From Chrysomallon squamiferum (lineage: Eukaryota > Animalia > Mollusca): DNA of 64,000 nucleotides. Below are positions 27,258 to 40,450 of the stretch, one piece after another; the stretch's first letter is position 1, and each line of letters starts with the position of its first letter. The notes under the pieces are model-generated. The model was not told where the DNA came from and did not search any database. It worked only from the letters and a program-made list of their open reading frames with translations. The translations under genes were made by a program, and so were the position numbers. Where the stretch lies: positions 2,108,001 to 2,172,000 of the forward strand of contig CM022677.1 of assembly GCA_012295275.1 (NCBI GenBank). Direction: 5' to 3'.

Positions 27258-27910
27258 TATAAAAAAATAGAAGAAAAATTAAATGATATTCCATTATGTA
27301 TACAAAGCTATCACGTTTATTTTGTTAAAACGAACGCAGTTTACATTATAAATCATATATTAGTACTTTACACTATAAATCATCATCATTATTATTATTT
27401 TTATTATTATTACTGTTATTATTATTATAAAACATTTTATAACAGTTATAATTAAGATTACTCACAGCACTCTCAGTGTCTGTTTTGTTGGTGGTAACAT
27501 CACACATAATTATAAACAAGCAAAAATAAAGTGACAGTTTTACTTAAGAATGCCGCTACTTATACTGATAGTTTTGCCTCTCAGTTATAAAAAAATAAAG
27601 TTTAATAACGTGTGCACTATTTATGTAATATTTACACGGGATTTTAGTATTGCATTTTGTTTCTAAGTATAGAATAAAAGTTAAGTATCTCCTGTACATA
27701 TATTTAATTTCCGATGAAACCTATATAAATCGTAATAAAATTATTCATGATTTAATAATGCATATGAAACAAATATATTCCTGTTTAAAAATAATAAACT
27801 TCAAAATACTGCTGAATTTCAGATTAATCAAATTATTTCGCGTAGTAAATAAAACGTCAATTTAAATTTGGTAAGTGTATTGAGCAAATTTGGTAAACTT
27901 GAAAAAAAAA

Positions 27911-28015
<105 letters not shown>

Positions 28016-30089
28016 TTGCAGTTTGTGCTGGATCACACGATGTTCCTCGTGCAGCCTGACAGGACTATTAAAGAATCCACTGTTATCTTTCAGGATACCA
28101 TTCAGTATATTCTGTGGATCAAGCTAGTAACATGTAATACTAGTTAGACTGTGATGACGTGTAAAAATTAAGCAGCGTAAAATGATCGATGTAAATAGTG
28201 TATTTTCTTAACAAAATAACGTAGTAACAAATTATTCTGATCTGATGTAGTAAACACAACAGTCAAATTTCAGTTGAGAATATCACATAACTATCACAGT
28301 TGCTAATGTAATATCATTTTTATCTGGTTGCGATATTTTATTCCTGAATATTCACAGTACTTCTGAACTAGAAATATTAAAATGAATATGACTTCATATA
28401 TAATTAATTATTTGCTAATATCTAACAATGCAACCTCAGCTTTTCAATAAACACCTCTATAGGAAAAGAAAATCAATATTTAATTATCAATACAATCTGA
28501 GGTACAGCTAAAAACTAATCCTGATTGTGTTAGTAACAGAGAATTGTAATCTGGAAGGTCTCTTTATTTCTGAATTTCTCAGCTATCCTTCTTGAATGAG
28601 ATGATATTAAGTTAGTTATACGACAGATTATATTGAAAATTACAGGTATGATTTCACTGTGAACATTCAGAAATATAATGTTTTTATAAATAACTGTAGC
28701 TTTGTATGTGACGTCAAAAATATATCGAGAAATAAAGAGGGCGCATCTAGTGTGACCTTTTATAACCACCAGAAACATGTTTCACTGAAAAACAAACACA
28801 GCAGAACTTTGTGCAACTAACTTCAGATACCGCTTCGAAGTGTCCGTTTTAGTAAAAGTAACGTGATATTTTACTTTGCTAATTCTAAACCGTATAACAA
28901 ACAGGTGTACTTTTACTGTACGTGGAACTTAAATATTACATAGACTACAGGAAATATTGATAAGCACAGTTAATATAGACATTACTGACAGTTATAAATG
29001 ATAATTCTTCATGGCGTTATGAAAACAAAAAGATGAGAATTAATTATGAGCGGTGATATTTACAGTTTGTACGTTAAGTGTGTTGACAAATGTTAATCTC
29101 ATATTTATTAATATCGTATTTTTATATCAGGTTATATTGAAAAATATCATAGTTAATTCCCTGGAATCACGATAGTGTGTACTGATTACCTGATACATTT
29201 TTTATTTTATTATGCGAAATTTAATTTTTTCATTACATTCATTAAAAGCTGTACATCAGCGCAAGTTGTATAGTGTAATATTCTTTACATTTCTTATTAT
29301 ACCTGAAGTTCTCTTATTACATTAGATATTAATATAACCGCTCCACCAGTCATAATCTAGATAACAATGAAGGAGACAGTTGTCAAAGTCCCCTCTTTGT
29401 CAACAGCTGAATAACCACAACAATAATAACACCTTAATATTTTTTATTTTTTTATTTTTATTTTTTTCTGTAAAAACGGAAGCTTCCTGTATATTTTTTA
29501 CGCTATTCTCTTAGTGTCATTAGAACTGTTCTGTGTGTGGATATAAAAATTACTTCTAATTTTTTATTAGGCCTCGTAAAGTTATCAGAGAAATCAGATT
29601 TATTCTTAGTGTATTGTTTCTGTCGAGATAAAAACTAAATACATCTTTTTTAAAACCACAGTTACCTATCGATACCAAAAATAAGAACCTAGTTTTATTA
29701 TGTATTATTTATGTGGCATTTAAAAATTATATTAATTAGAGATTATCGGTTATAATTACTGAATAAATATGGAATTTCATTCTAGATTATTAACTTACTT
29801 TACTCAGTGTTTAAAAAAAAATAATGATATATTCTTAATTACAAAATTTGATAAATACCAGCTGAATTTTAGATTAATCATGTAAGTTCATGTACGCAAA
29901 CTAAAATGGTTAATTCAGGTCTTTTGTGTTATGATTTACAGTCAGCGATCAAGTGGGTTAAGATAATTTACATTATCATCACTTGAAGAAATCACAGTTG
30001 TTTTCATACGAGTGTTTACAATAATCATGTTCTATGAAAAAGGATATAATTTCAGAGACAGGTTTGATGCTGAAATGTGCATTTGTTTA

Positions 30090-30590
30090 ACCAACACATG
30101 TTTTTCAGTGCCTACCGAGTTAGAGATGTTTATTGTATTCGTAACAGTTCATTCAAGTTTATCTTAAAACTGCATTAATAATGAAAAAACAAGGCAAGAA
30201 CAGAAACGGAAAAAATTATATTTATTTTAAAAAAATATCAGAAATAGTAAGAAAAGTAAATAATAATAATAGCAATAACAGTAATTAAAAACAGTAAGAA
30301 TAATATAAAAACAACAACAACAATAACAATAACAGTAAAAATAACAATATTAATGATCACAGGAAAAAGAAACTGATGGCAAAAACAAACAAAAAATGGT
30401 GTGAGGAAGATGGTCAAAGACATAAATAACATGTATAAGTGACACAGAAACACGAAGACAAAAAGATAAAGTACAAAAAAAAAACCCAACCAATATAAAA
30501 TTACTACTGTGTCTGTTTAACTCGACTTCTAACATCCTAAAACTATTCTGAGAAAATACCTAAAATGCGCTTAAACTATATTTTTACAAA
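30090..30590 (+). repeat. Diverged copy of the 2735-3175 segment
   Basis: agagatgtttattg(c/t)attcgtaacagttcattcaa.tttatcttaaaactgcattaataatga is shared with ~2757; taaaatg.g.tta.acta.atttttaca is shared with 3146 and 13186. Confidence 0.8.
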
Positions 30591-31013
30591 ATATGTATTG
30601 TTTCCAAAACATAAGAAAAAAAATAAAAAATAAATAAAAAAATAGACAAATAAAAGATACAGCATCTCCTCTGCATCAGCTATCAGATTCACATACTGCT
30701 CTGTCTCAATAAAAGGACCGCAAGTAAATTGAAGGGTAGATCACTGAATCAACATTCTCACTTATGGTTTACAAAACAGATTATCATTATCGGGGAGATA
30801 TTTAGGAGAATTTAATGCTGGGTTACGGCTGTGACAGTGGAGTCTAAGTGCTGTGTCGTCTGGAAGATTATCAGACACTATATATTTTGAATCCAATGGC
30901 TGTGGAAATTTTTCTGAGAAGCAATTAGTCACATCTTCTGACTGAAATATTTAGAAGTATTAAAATAGCAATTTATATTACAAACAGATTTCTTAACATG
31001 AGACTTAATTATG

Positions 31014-31950
31014 CAGGGCTCGAAATGGCCAGTCGCCAGGTCACCAAATGTGACCAAAGTTCCGTTTAGGCGACTGGGATGTTAGAAACATTATGGTTAG
31101 TCGCCCCAAAAAATATTTTTTCTGTAGGTTATAACACAAGATAATAATTTTATAATAATTTTATCGCAAATATTTATTTCACATAAAACGAGTGCCCATA
31201 GTTCCATAAGTATCGGCTTACCTTATTTGCCAACATCTGTTTTTAAACCCTACTTTAAAGGAGTATCGGTTGGTTAACGGAACAAGATAACATAGGTAAA
31301 CACTGTAACTCATTGTTTGCTAATGTTTTTACTTTTACATTCCACCTTTAATTGGCTAAAGTGAAGCCAACGAACAAATTTAGCGAACTTTTAGAGCGTC
31401 ACGTCAATAATTATCGGTTGGTTAACGGAACAAGTTATCATCGAAGATAACTCTATTTCCTATTGTTTTTCGTTTTCAATTCCGGTAGGATTACTTACCC
31501 GGAATAAAAAATAAATAAAAATAAAAATAAAAATAGAAAATAAAATAAATAAAGACATAAAGAAAAAAATACTAAAATGAAAAGTTGAACGCCTGCATAT
31601 TTTATAGAGGAAAGTCATTGATTTTCTTATTTTTGTCACACGCTAAACTTTACTCACTGTCATTTCATGTTGCTTTCCTTTAATTTTTCTTTTGAAAAAT
31701 CCAAGCCTATAAAGTATAATACTGTAAATTATTATTATTATTATATAATTCCATTTTTGTCAAGGTTTGTTTTAAAATGTCTAACCTGCTGATTTGTATA
31801 ACTAGGACTAAATTTTTGTGGATATTTTAATTAATAAAGAATTTTCTTATTTCATTTTAGATCATAGATGTTGACAAATTAAGGTAAGCCGATACTTTCA
31901 ATTTATCGAACTGCGACAAATATTTATTATAAAATTATTAATAGTGGCTC
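31014..31950. mobile_element. Non-autonomous DNA transposon with a hAT-like CAGGG terminus and long imperfect inverted ends; right end truncated
   Basis: Starts cagggctcgaaatggcc..gaccaaagttccgttt. Internal inverted pair tatcggcttacctta (~31211) / taaggtaagccgata (~31880). A related end lies at 55677-55820. Confidence 0.6.
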
Positions 31951-33187
31951 TTATAGAAAAAGTCAGTTTTTCTAGAGTAATATTATTTATTCATGTTAGA
32001 GACTGTTATAGAATTAAATTTGGAAATCAGAACATTTTAAGTGTTAAATCAATTGTAAAAAATTTACCTGGATAAACAAGGCTCATTAAAATGATTTTTA
32101 TAAAAAGAGAAATTTTTATCATCTGAATTAGGACAGTTATTTCATATAATGTATAAGTATTATAAGAATTCAGATTTTTTGTTTGTTTTGCTGCTGAAAA
32201 ATAATTAATTCAAAGCATTCCAATGAAGAAAGTAGAGAGAACTTGCATGGGTTTTTTCAATAGTATTTTTCCTATTTAAGCAGCAATTAATTTGTAATTT
32301 CTCCATCATTTTTATAGAGTACATTTGAATGTGTGTGTGTGTTTGGGGGGTTACTGGTCTGTTATATCTTTTATTGCTTTTTTTACAGCATTAGTCAGAA
32401 CAAACTCACAGCACTGCAGACTGAATGGGGTAACTCTGAGAGAGAAAAGAAATCAGGCAGAAGAAAACTGCACACTTTTACATGTGAAATTCAGTTTCTG
32501 CAGCTTTTTACTCAAGAATATGACTAATTTTGTCTGAGTCATTTGCAGGATTCAAAGGGAGAACCAGTTTACTTCCTTGTGTCAAGAAAATGTGGAACTT
32601 TTAAAATATGTTCTGAAAGTGTGTGTCAGCAAATCTATCAGTTGGTGAGTCAGTTAATCTATTAATTAAATAATTGAAACAATTGCTTTTTGTTTTGTTA
32701 GTTATTGTGTATGCTATTTATTTATTCATTTTTTTGAGCTATGTGTTTATGTTATGTTTTTGAATTTAATTAATCAAACATTTGTGTCTATTTGTTTGTA
32801 TTAAAGTTTGGCTCTCAGTTTTTCACTGTTTGTAAGTATAAATTCTGTTTTTAATTAACTGAATGTGTCATGTAGGATTAGGTGTTCACAGATAAATAAG
32901 TGATGTTTCATGCTTTCAGAAATTCCATGGGTACAGTTTGGTGTTGTGTTTATTTTGTGTTTGAATTTTACTGTGTTTAGATTAGTTGAGTAGCTGATTC
33001 TGAGTCTGGTAAGATTGTTGTTATGTAGTTCTTAGTGAAATGATTTTGTGTTTTGATGATGAAAGGTGTAACTAATATTGATTTTATTTGATTACTATTT
33101 GCTGGTTGCAACATTCACCCACTCCAGTCTCCATTTCAATATGGCTGACTGTTGTTTAAAAACCAGATTGTAGTGAAAGGTGAGTTT

Positions 33188-33210
33188 AGCAATACGTAAC
33201 CGAACGAAGT
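33188..33210 (+). other. Oxford Nanopore ligation adapter remnant at a contig end (artefact)
   Basis: agcaatacgtaacCgaacgaagt matches AGCAATACGTAACTGAACGAAGT (reverse complement of the ONT adapter) with one mismatch and directly abuts the N gap. Confidence 0.92.
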
Positions 33211-33410
33211 NNNNNNNNNNNNNNNNNNNNNNNNNNNNNNNNNNNNNNNNNNNNNNNNNNNNNNNNNNNNNNNNNNNNNNNNNNNNNNNNNNNNNNNNNN
33301 NNNNNNNNNNNNNNNNNNNNNNNNNNNNNNNNNNNNNNNNNNNNNNNNNNNNNNNNNNNNNNNNNNNNNNNNNNNNNNNNNNNNNNNNNNNNNNNNNNNN
33401 NNNNNNNNNN
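33211..33410. other. Scaffold gap (200 N)
   Basis: N run of fixed length. Confidence 1.
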
Positions 33411-36400
33411 ATTGTTTTAGATAAGATGCAATGGGTTTGATTTTGTAGATGTCAGGATTTAAAACAGTTAAGAATAAATAATGTTTTTGTATTAAAAATA
33501 TTTGTACTCATTTATGTAACATAACCTGGTCGTATTTTATTATTTTATATCTTTTATTATTTATTTATGAATTTATTTATTTATTTATTTAATTTCATTT
33601 TTCCCCCTAGCTTTTTAATTGAATTAATTCAATACAGATTATAAAATACTTGGAAGACATTTCCATTTGCACATATTTGAAATAATTTTTTGAATTTTTC
33701 CAACATGTGAAAGGCTAATTATAAAATACTGAGAAAAATTCCATTTATGTACATTTTTTCTCTTCTTTGATTTTTATCATTTTTAAATTATGATTTTCTA
33801 TTTTTAAAGATTCCTTATTGAAATAATTCAATTATTCTTTCTAAACTGGGAAAGTTAAATTATAAAAAACCGCTAGAAATGTCTAAACAGAAATATCTGA
33901 ATATTTAAGTTTTATTATCTAGACAGTTTATAAGTAATTTCAACTTGAAGATCATCATGTTTCTTCTAGTTAAAAATAACTAAGTCATGGTTAATGCAAA
34001 TAAAATTTTAATTTAGTTAACAGTTTACATTAGAAATATATTATTATAATATTTTTTATTTTTTTAATACTTTTTGGGGAGAATTATATATTATATTCTT
34101 ATTACCCCTAATTACATAATTTAAATATATTTACACAATTATTACCCCCTGAATTAAAGATTGTTTTCACAACTTTTTTGTATAAAAAATTATAATTACC
34201 CCTAATGACATAATTTTCAATTATATTTACATTTATTACCCCCAGCAAACCCCTGATTTTACACTGATTTAAATAATATAAAGAAAAAATGTTGTTTTAT
34301 TGTGTTTTAATAAAAAATTCAAATACCTCTAATTACACAGTTTTAAATATATTTAGACTGATTAACCCCAGCAAACCCTTGATTTACCCTGATTTAAATA
34401 ATATCGACAATGTAGTCTCTGGGAGATCACTGAATTTTCAAAATTCAAATTAGATTTCAGACAGATTTTCTCTTGAAAGTGTTGAGCTTTCTCTGGACAG
34501 GGAAGACTGTGATATAAAAGCATTCTGGTGATCTACTGAACCTTTTCTGAAAATTGGTCTTACAGCATTTTCAACTCAAGTGCTGGCTAGGGCAGCTTGA
34601 ATCTGTTGTCTAGGATCCTACAACAAAATATAATATTCATTAATAAACTAAACATAAAATAAAGTGAAAGAAGTATTTGTTGTTGGCTCTAAATGCAGTT
34701 CACTGTCTTAGCAAGAAACATTTTACTCCACATTTTTATTTTTTCCATAAAACTTTAATAATAACAATAATTTATTAAATGTTTTTATATTCTCAATTTA
34801 AATCAGTTTAAGATTATTTTTTTAACTTTGATATAAAAGGTTTAAAATAGCAATACATCAGTAAAAGTGATTATGAAAAATATGTTTTAATATATTTGAA
34901 TGATTCTTTATCTTGGTAAAATTTGATATTTACACTGTTTTACAGTTTAAGATGACTGCTAGGAATATCAAGAAAATAAACATTTTAAACTATATAGTAT
35001 TACATTACACAATACGGATTCTACTTGAAATACTAACATACTAACAAATTATTTGATTAATTAAAATATTTAATTATAACATTCTTTCCTGCCACTTTAA
35101 TGTAATTTAATTTTTGTCATAAATAAACCAGAATTATTTTCTGCATTCAAGCAATAGTTACAATAAAGAATCCTTTACATATAATTTAAAATGTATTTAA
35201 AACAAAGACAATATTACACATGCACGAGATAAAATAAGAAAATAAGCTAAATCTTTCAAGCCAATTCTTCCATCTGTCTACGAACTTTCAAAATATTGTA
35301 AACATCTTTAGCCCTACCACATAAAGTATTAAATGTATGGATTACTGGGAGATATTAATAAAAGCAAATTTCAAATTTATACAAATGTTCTGTTCCCTAC
35401 TCTATTAGGCTGGCATGCAAATTATTACAAGGTTTACACTGATTCTTTACTACTAATGTTCAGTGCATCATTTTGCAAAAACACAAATGTATTATATTTT
35501 CATGTATGCTGCTTAAATCAGTATAGAATTTTGTGAAAGACTGAAGAAATATTTAAAACTGAAGTAAAATGGAAAGGTTTACAATGAATAATGTATTTAA
35601 ATACCTGCTGGACAGCACCAAATACTTCAACTCTACTGGAGACTTGAGCTGCTCTTTGTTCCAAAATGTCAATTCGATTTTGAATTTATCAACAATTTCT
35701 TGAATAACAAGCTGATTTAACTTCTGAAAACATACAGTTTAAATCCACAGACTAGTATATTGTTTTTTTCTATTCCTATAAATATATGTGATACCAGATG
35801 AAAGATCATTCAGTAAGTACTCTCATTTCCTTGTTATAAAATGATTTAATAAATTAAGTCAGAGGAATCAATAAAATTAGAGTAAATTAAAAATTGAAAT
35901 ATAACCTTCTTAAAATCTTTTCTTTGTATTCTAATGAGATCTAATGATGCGGTTATCAATTCAAATTATTTACTGAAAGATAATTTAAAGTTAGATAACA
36001 AATATGTCTAAAATAAATTTGAATCACATAATTAAAGCTAAAGTAGAATTTTTCATTCAGAAAGACCTTCAACAAATTTAACATAGATCTGTATTTCTTT
36101 ATGAACTGATTTCACACACACCTCAACATCATTCCTTAAGCCAGGCATTCAAAACCACCTTGAAAATGACCAAGGTATAACCAGACTTGCTAATCATTAT
36201 TCATTGTCAAAAATCCCACAATAAAGGGCAACTGATTATTTCTGATAACTGTTACTGAATCACAACAATTTGTATAAATGTTTAGAACTTGGCAGAAAAA
36301 ACTATGTGATTACAGTCATTTTGATTACATATTGCATTACCTTTCTGAGACAGCACAGTACTGACTCTATACATCTAATTTTAGATTTGATTAAAAATAC

Positions 36401-37292
36401 AAGTTTATAATCTGGCTACAACAATAAACTTATCCAGAATAATAATATTTTAATCCGAAAAGATCATTTTAGAATGAGATGATATAATTAATGCAAACCA
36501 CAAAAAAGTTCTTTATGCCTGCAGATCTGATTCCTGAACAAGAAAGTGAACCAGCTGATAAAAAAAAAAATGTTTTTTAGACAAGAAGTGGTTTCACTTT
36601 ATTTGCTGAATGGAATAGTTTTGTGCCATTTTAATTTTTATTTTAACTTAACCTTTGAATTTTGTTCTATTATTGCTTTATTTATTCTTTGCATTTTATT
36701 GTTTTGAATTTATTCTATTCAAAATCAATTAGCTTAATATAAAAAACAATATAGTTGCAAATGTGAAACTGTAGAAAAAGCTTTATCATTAAGTTGTGGT
36801 TTATATTTTGAACAAAATTATTAAAATTACATTGATCACATTATTATAGCAATTAAAGAAAATCAAAATTAATATTTCAAAGAAAACATTTTTGACAGTA
36901 GCAATTTTGTTTAGCTCTCTTAACAATACTTATTATAACACTTTTGTTATATTCAAAGAACTAAAATCTCAATATGGAAAATGATAGAAATAGTAGAAAT
37001 AATCATATAAGTGTATAATTAAGTTGTGCAAGTCTCAGACGAGAATGTATTTGTATGAAGTTGAAATGATCTGCAAATGGTTTATTTTATGAATTCAGTG
37101 GAAAATAAACTGACAGAATTATTACTGATCTTTTAACTAGATAAGAAATGTAACACAATCAGTGACAATGTAACAACATGGAATATTCAAACAGTATACA
37201 TATATTAGTTACTTTGGGGTATATCTTATATCTTGCATGTGACCTCATATCAGATTAAACATCAATACATATAATGACCCCTTCATATATAG
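33411..37292 (-). repeat. Inverted copy of 16531-19832 carrying LRMP-like copy 3 (exon 35605-35723; last exon from 34617 with TM/KASH part deleted)
   Basis: Reverse-complement identity; carries the same 1-nt deletion in the coiled-coil exon as copy 1. Confidence 0.9.
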
Positions 37293-37294
37293 TT

Positions 37295-37515
37295 TTAGGG
37301 TCACCATTAGGAGGAGCGTTAATGTAAAAATCCACGTTGTGGACTTAGTTAGGATTAGGTTTAGAATTTGAGCTAGGGTTAGGTTAGGTTAGGTTAGGTT
37401 AGGTTAGGGTTATGTTAGGGTTAAGATTAGGGTTATTGTTTGGGTTAGACTTAGGATTACGGTAGTGTGGAAAATAGTTTTAGGTCAGAGTTAGAGATAG
37501 GGCTCAATGTTAGGG
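37295..37515 (+). repeat. Degenerate interstitial telomere-like (TTAGG/TTAGGG)n tract
   Basis: agggttaggttaggttaggttaggttaggttagggttatgttagggttaagattaggg. Confidence 0.75.
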
Positions 37516-37649
37516 ATATTGTAAATATTACTATGAATGTTATAATAATAATAAAAATAATTTTAGCATCATCATTAGAAGTAGCCTTTGCATAAGAATT
37601 AAGGTTTGGGGGTATTGGCATTAAAATTACCTCACGTCATTAGTTTTAC

Positions 37650-38700
37650 ACTACCAACAAATTCTACCATGTATAAACAAAATTCTAAGACAAAGATGTT
37701 GTAAAAATGAAACTAACTTCGTCCTTCAGCAAGCATCATATTATTATTTTAGATGTCATAATATGCGACAGTTTTGGCAGCCGGAAAATAACGATGATCC
37801 CAAATAAATCTTTCTTTGAAAAATGATTTAAATTGAGATTGATAAAAACGAATTATCAGATATTTTCTTTTTAGGTGCAGCGTCACGTAATATACCAGAC
37901 AAACAGAAAGATCCATTTGCTGTATTCAGTTGTTACCATCATCAACCTGTAATTAATTCTCACATTTTCCTGTAATAAAGCTTTCTGATAAAATCACCAC
38001 TGTTTATGTGACAAATTTATTATCGAGTGATTTTTAACTCGTTACAGTTATGCAGAAACAGTGGTAAGATTTGTGGCCTCTTCCTTATGAAACCGGAAAG
38101 TATAATTAGAAATATGGAGGATATTCTATAGCAATATTAAATAACAAATTATGTTCAGAGTTATTAAAGTAATTAGTAAAATTAGTTATTTTCGTTGATT
38201 TTAACTTTCGTTGTATAAACTGCGCTTCTGATAACTTGAGAATAAATGACAAAAACGTGACTTTTCTTCTTTTTTAAAAACTTTTTCAGTATATTTTAAC
38301 CTTGAGATATCCCGTTTATTTTGTAATAGGAGCACTGTTCATAAACGTGAACTGAGACTGAGAAAAAATGGTATAAAATATAGGTTATTATAACTAAATA
38401 TCAGCTCTACTGGCGGTAAATATAAACTTTGCATTAAATAAAGTTGCAGAAAATGATTCATTCTATTAAAGTATAGTAATTTACAGTACTGCTAGTAACT
38501 AAAGGATAATTACTGTTGTGACATTCAAGTTAATAGAAAATTAGACTTTTAGACAAAAAGTGAAGATTAATTACAGGCTGATGGTATGAATCAACATAAA
38601 CCTTTTTAAAGTGAAATGCTTAATCGCTTTAAATTAATGTGGTTTGCACAGCATATTAGAGTGATAATTAGATGTGCAGCGTAATATCAAGTGGTGCTGT
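37650..38700 (-). repeat. Inverted copy of 20053-21060
   Basis: End anchors accatgtataaacaaaattctaagac and gtgcagcgtaatatcaagtggtgctgt are reverse complements of 21010-21045 and 20053-20080. Confidence 0.9.
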
Positions 38701-38885
38701 GTTCTTTACTGAACAAATATTGTAAAAAGAAAAGTCTACACGACAGAAAAAGGTGAGATACATTTTATTATTTATAATTACAGTCTTCTTGAGTCAGAAC
38801 GGTTACATTAACAAGTTGAGAATAAAATATATTAATGAGAGTACTGTTGTGTAAATGAATAATTTGAGTTTCAGCTATAATAATG

Positions 38886-38931
<46 letters not shown>

Positions 38932-40411
38932 TATTAAGGACTTCTTCTTTATTTTATTTAATTTATTTTATTTTATTATTATTATTTTTAATATACCAAA
39001 AATCAAAAAAATCCAACACACACCTCAGTACTCATTTATAATTTTTAATAATAATAATAATAATAACATTATTACAGATAAACCTCAATTTAATCATATA
39101 AACACGTCATGTTAATAATAAAAATACTGACAGTGAATACAACGTAAATTCCGACGCGCAGTCTTTCTTCAGATATCTGTAGAAATGTAATTCTCAGTTT
39201 GTCAGTACAACCGTTGTGACTCTGAAAGCCTTCTCTCCATCTGTAATCTTAATACATTATCCAGAGATACTCGTATTTTCCTGTAATATATAATCAATAA
39301 ATTGTGAAAAATAAAATAATAATAATAATAACGCACATATACTCACACAATTCCTTAGTTGTTATTAAAGTTTTAAAAAAATGTTTATCACTTAACCTGT
39401 TCTATAATTCTCGATTTACACTGATTCTACATTCTGTCATATTAACTGCGCTCCTACTAAAGATGATTTTTTTTATTTATTTTTCATAAATAAAAATGAA
39501 ATATTCACTTTATTTATACGGCGTTATTTGATTTTAATAACCTTTTCCCGCAATATCACCTTTCTTTTCTGTATTCTCTGATTGTTAAATACAAAATGTT
39601 TGACATTATACAGCGCCGTGTTTCACAATAATATGTGGGTAAGTAACAGAAAACAACATTGCGCCGTTTCTTAAACTAAATTTTGATAACCTTGACATAG
39701 TCGAAAAATAAAATTTTGTTTTCAGTTACAGCACAGAAGATTTAATTAAAAACGGCATTAACTTGATAAGATGAATAATTTTCTGCAGATGACTGATAGC
39801 TGTCTGACTTTTTCTATTGTTAATAGCAAAGTATATTAATTAATTTTCTGAAAGGAAATATTTCTACTATAAAATGAGAATATAATTATCAAGATATTCA
39901 GTTGTGCACCTAATAAAAAGAAATAACGGAGAAGTCTGTGAAAAGGGAAACTTATTAATGTATTTTCACTCAGTCATTCTGTATTTTATTTATATTTATC
40001 TATTATTATTATTATTATTATTGTATTCAGAGGTGATCTAATACAATGAAATATTAATTTTCGAGGTAAACTACAAAAGTTCTTGACATTTTAAGTTTGT
40101 TTTGATAATGACGTGTAAAAATATCAGTGTTAAACGGCAGTACAGTTATTATAAGATTCAGGTAATTTTCGCTCATTGTCTCAATTTATTCCTGTAAACT
40201 GCTGGTAGTAAATTAAAACGTAAATTCTGTCCAGCGTTCTCAAATTATCTTCAGAAAAATACGCTGCTAGAAACTAAATATGATATTTATGTCATTAATT
40301 CTCGAATATAAATTGCTGAGATTCCATTAAGGTAGCAGCTAGGTTTTAAAGTTAGATTATTCTGTTCTTTACAAAATATTTTTAAAGTTTTATAGAAGAC
40401 GTATGGATAGG

Positions 40412-40450
<39 letters not shown>

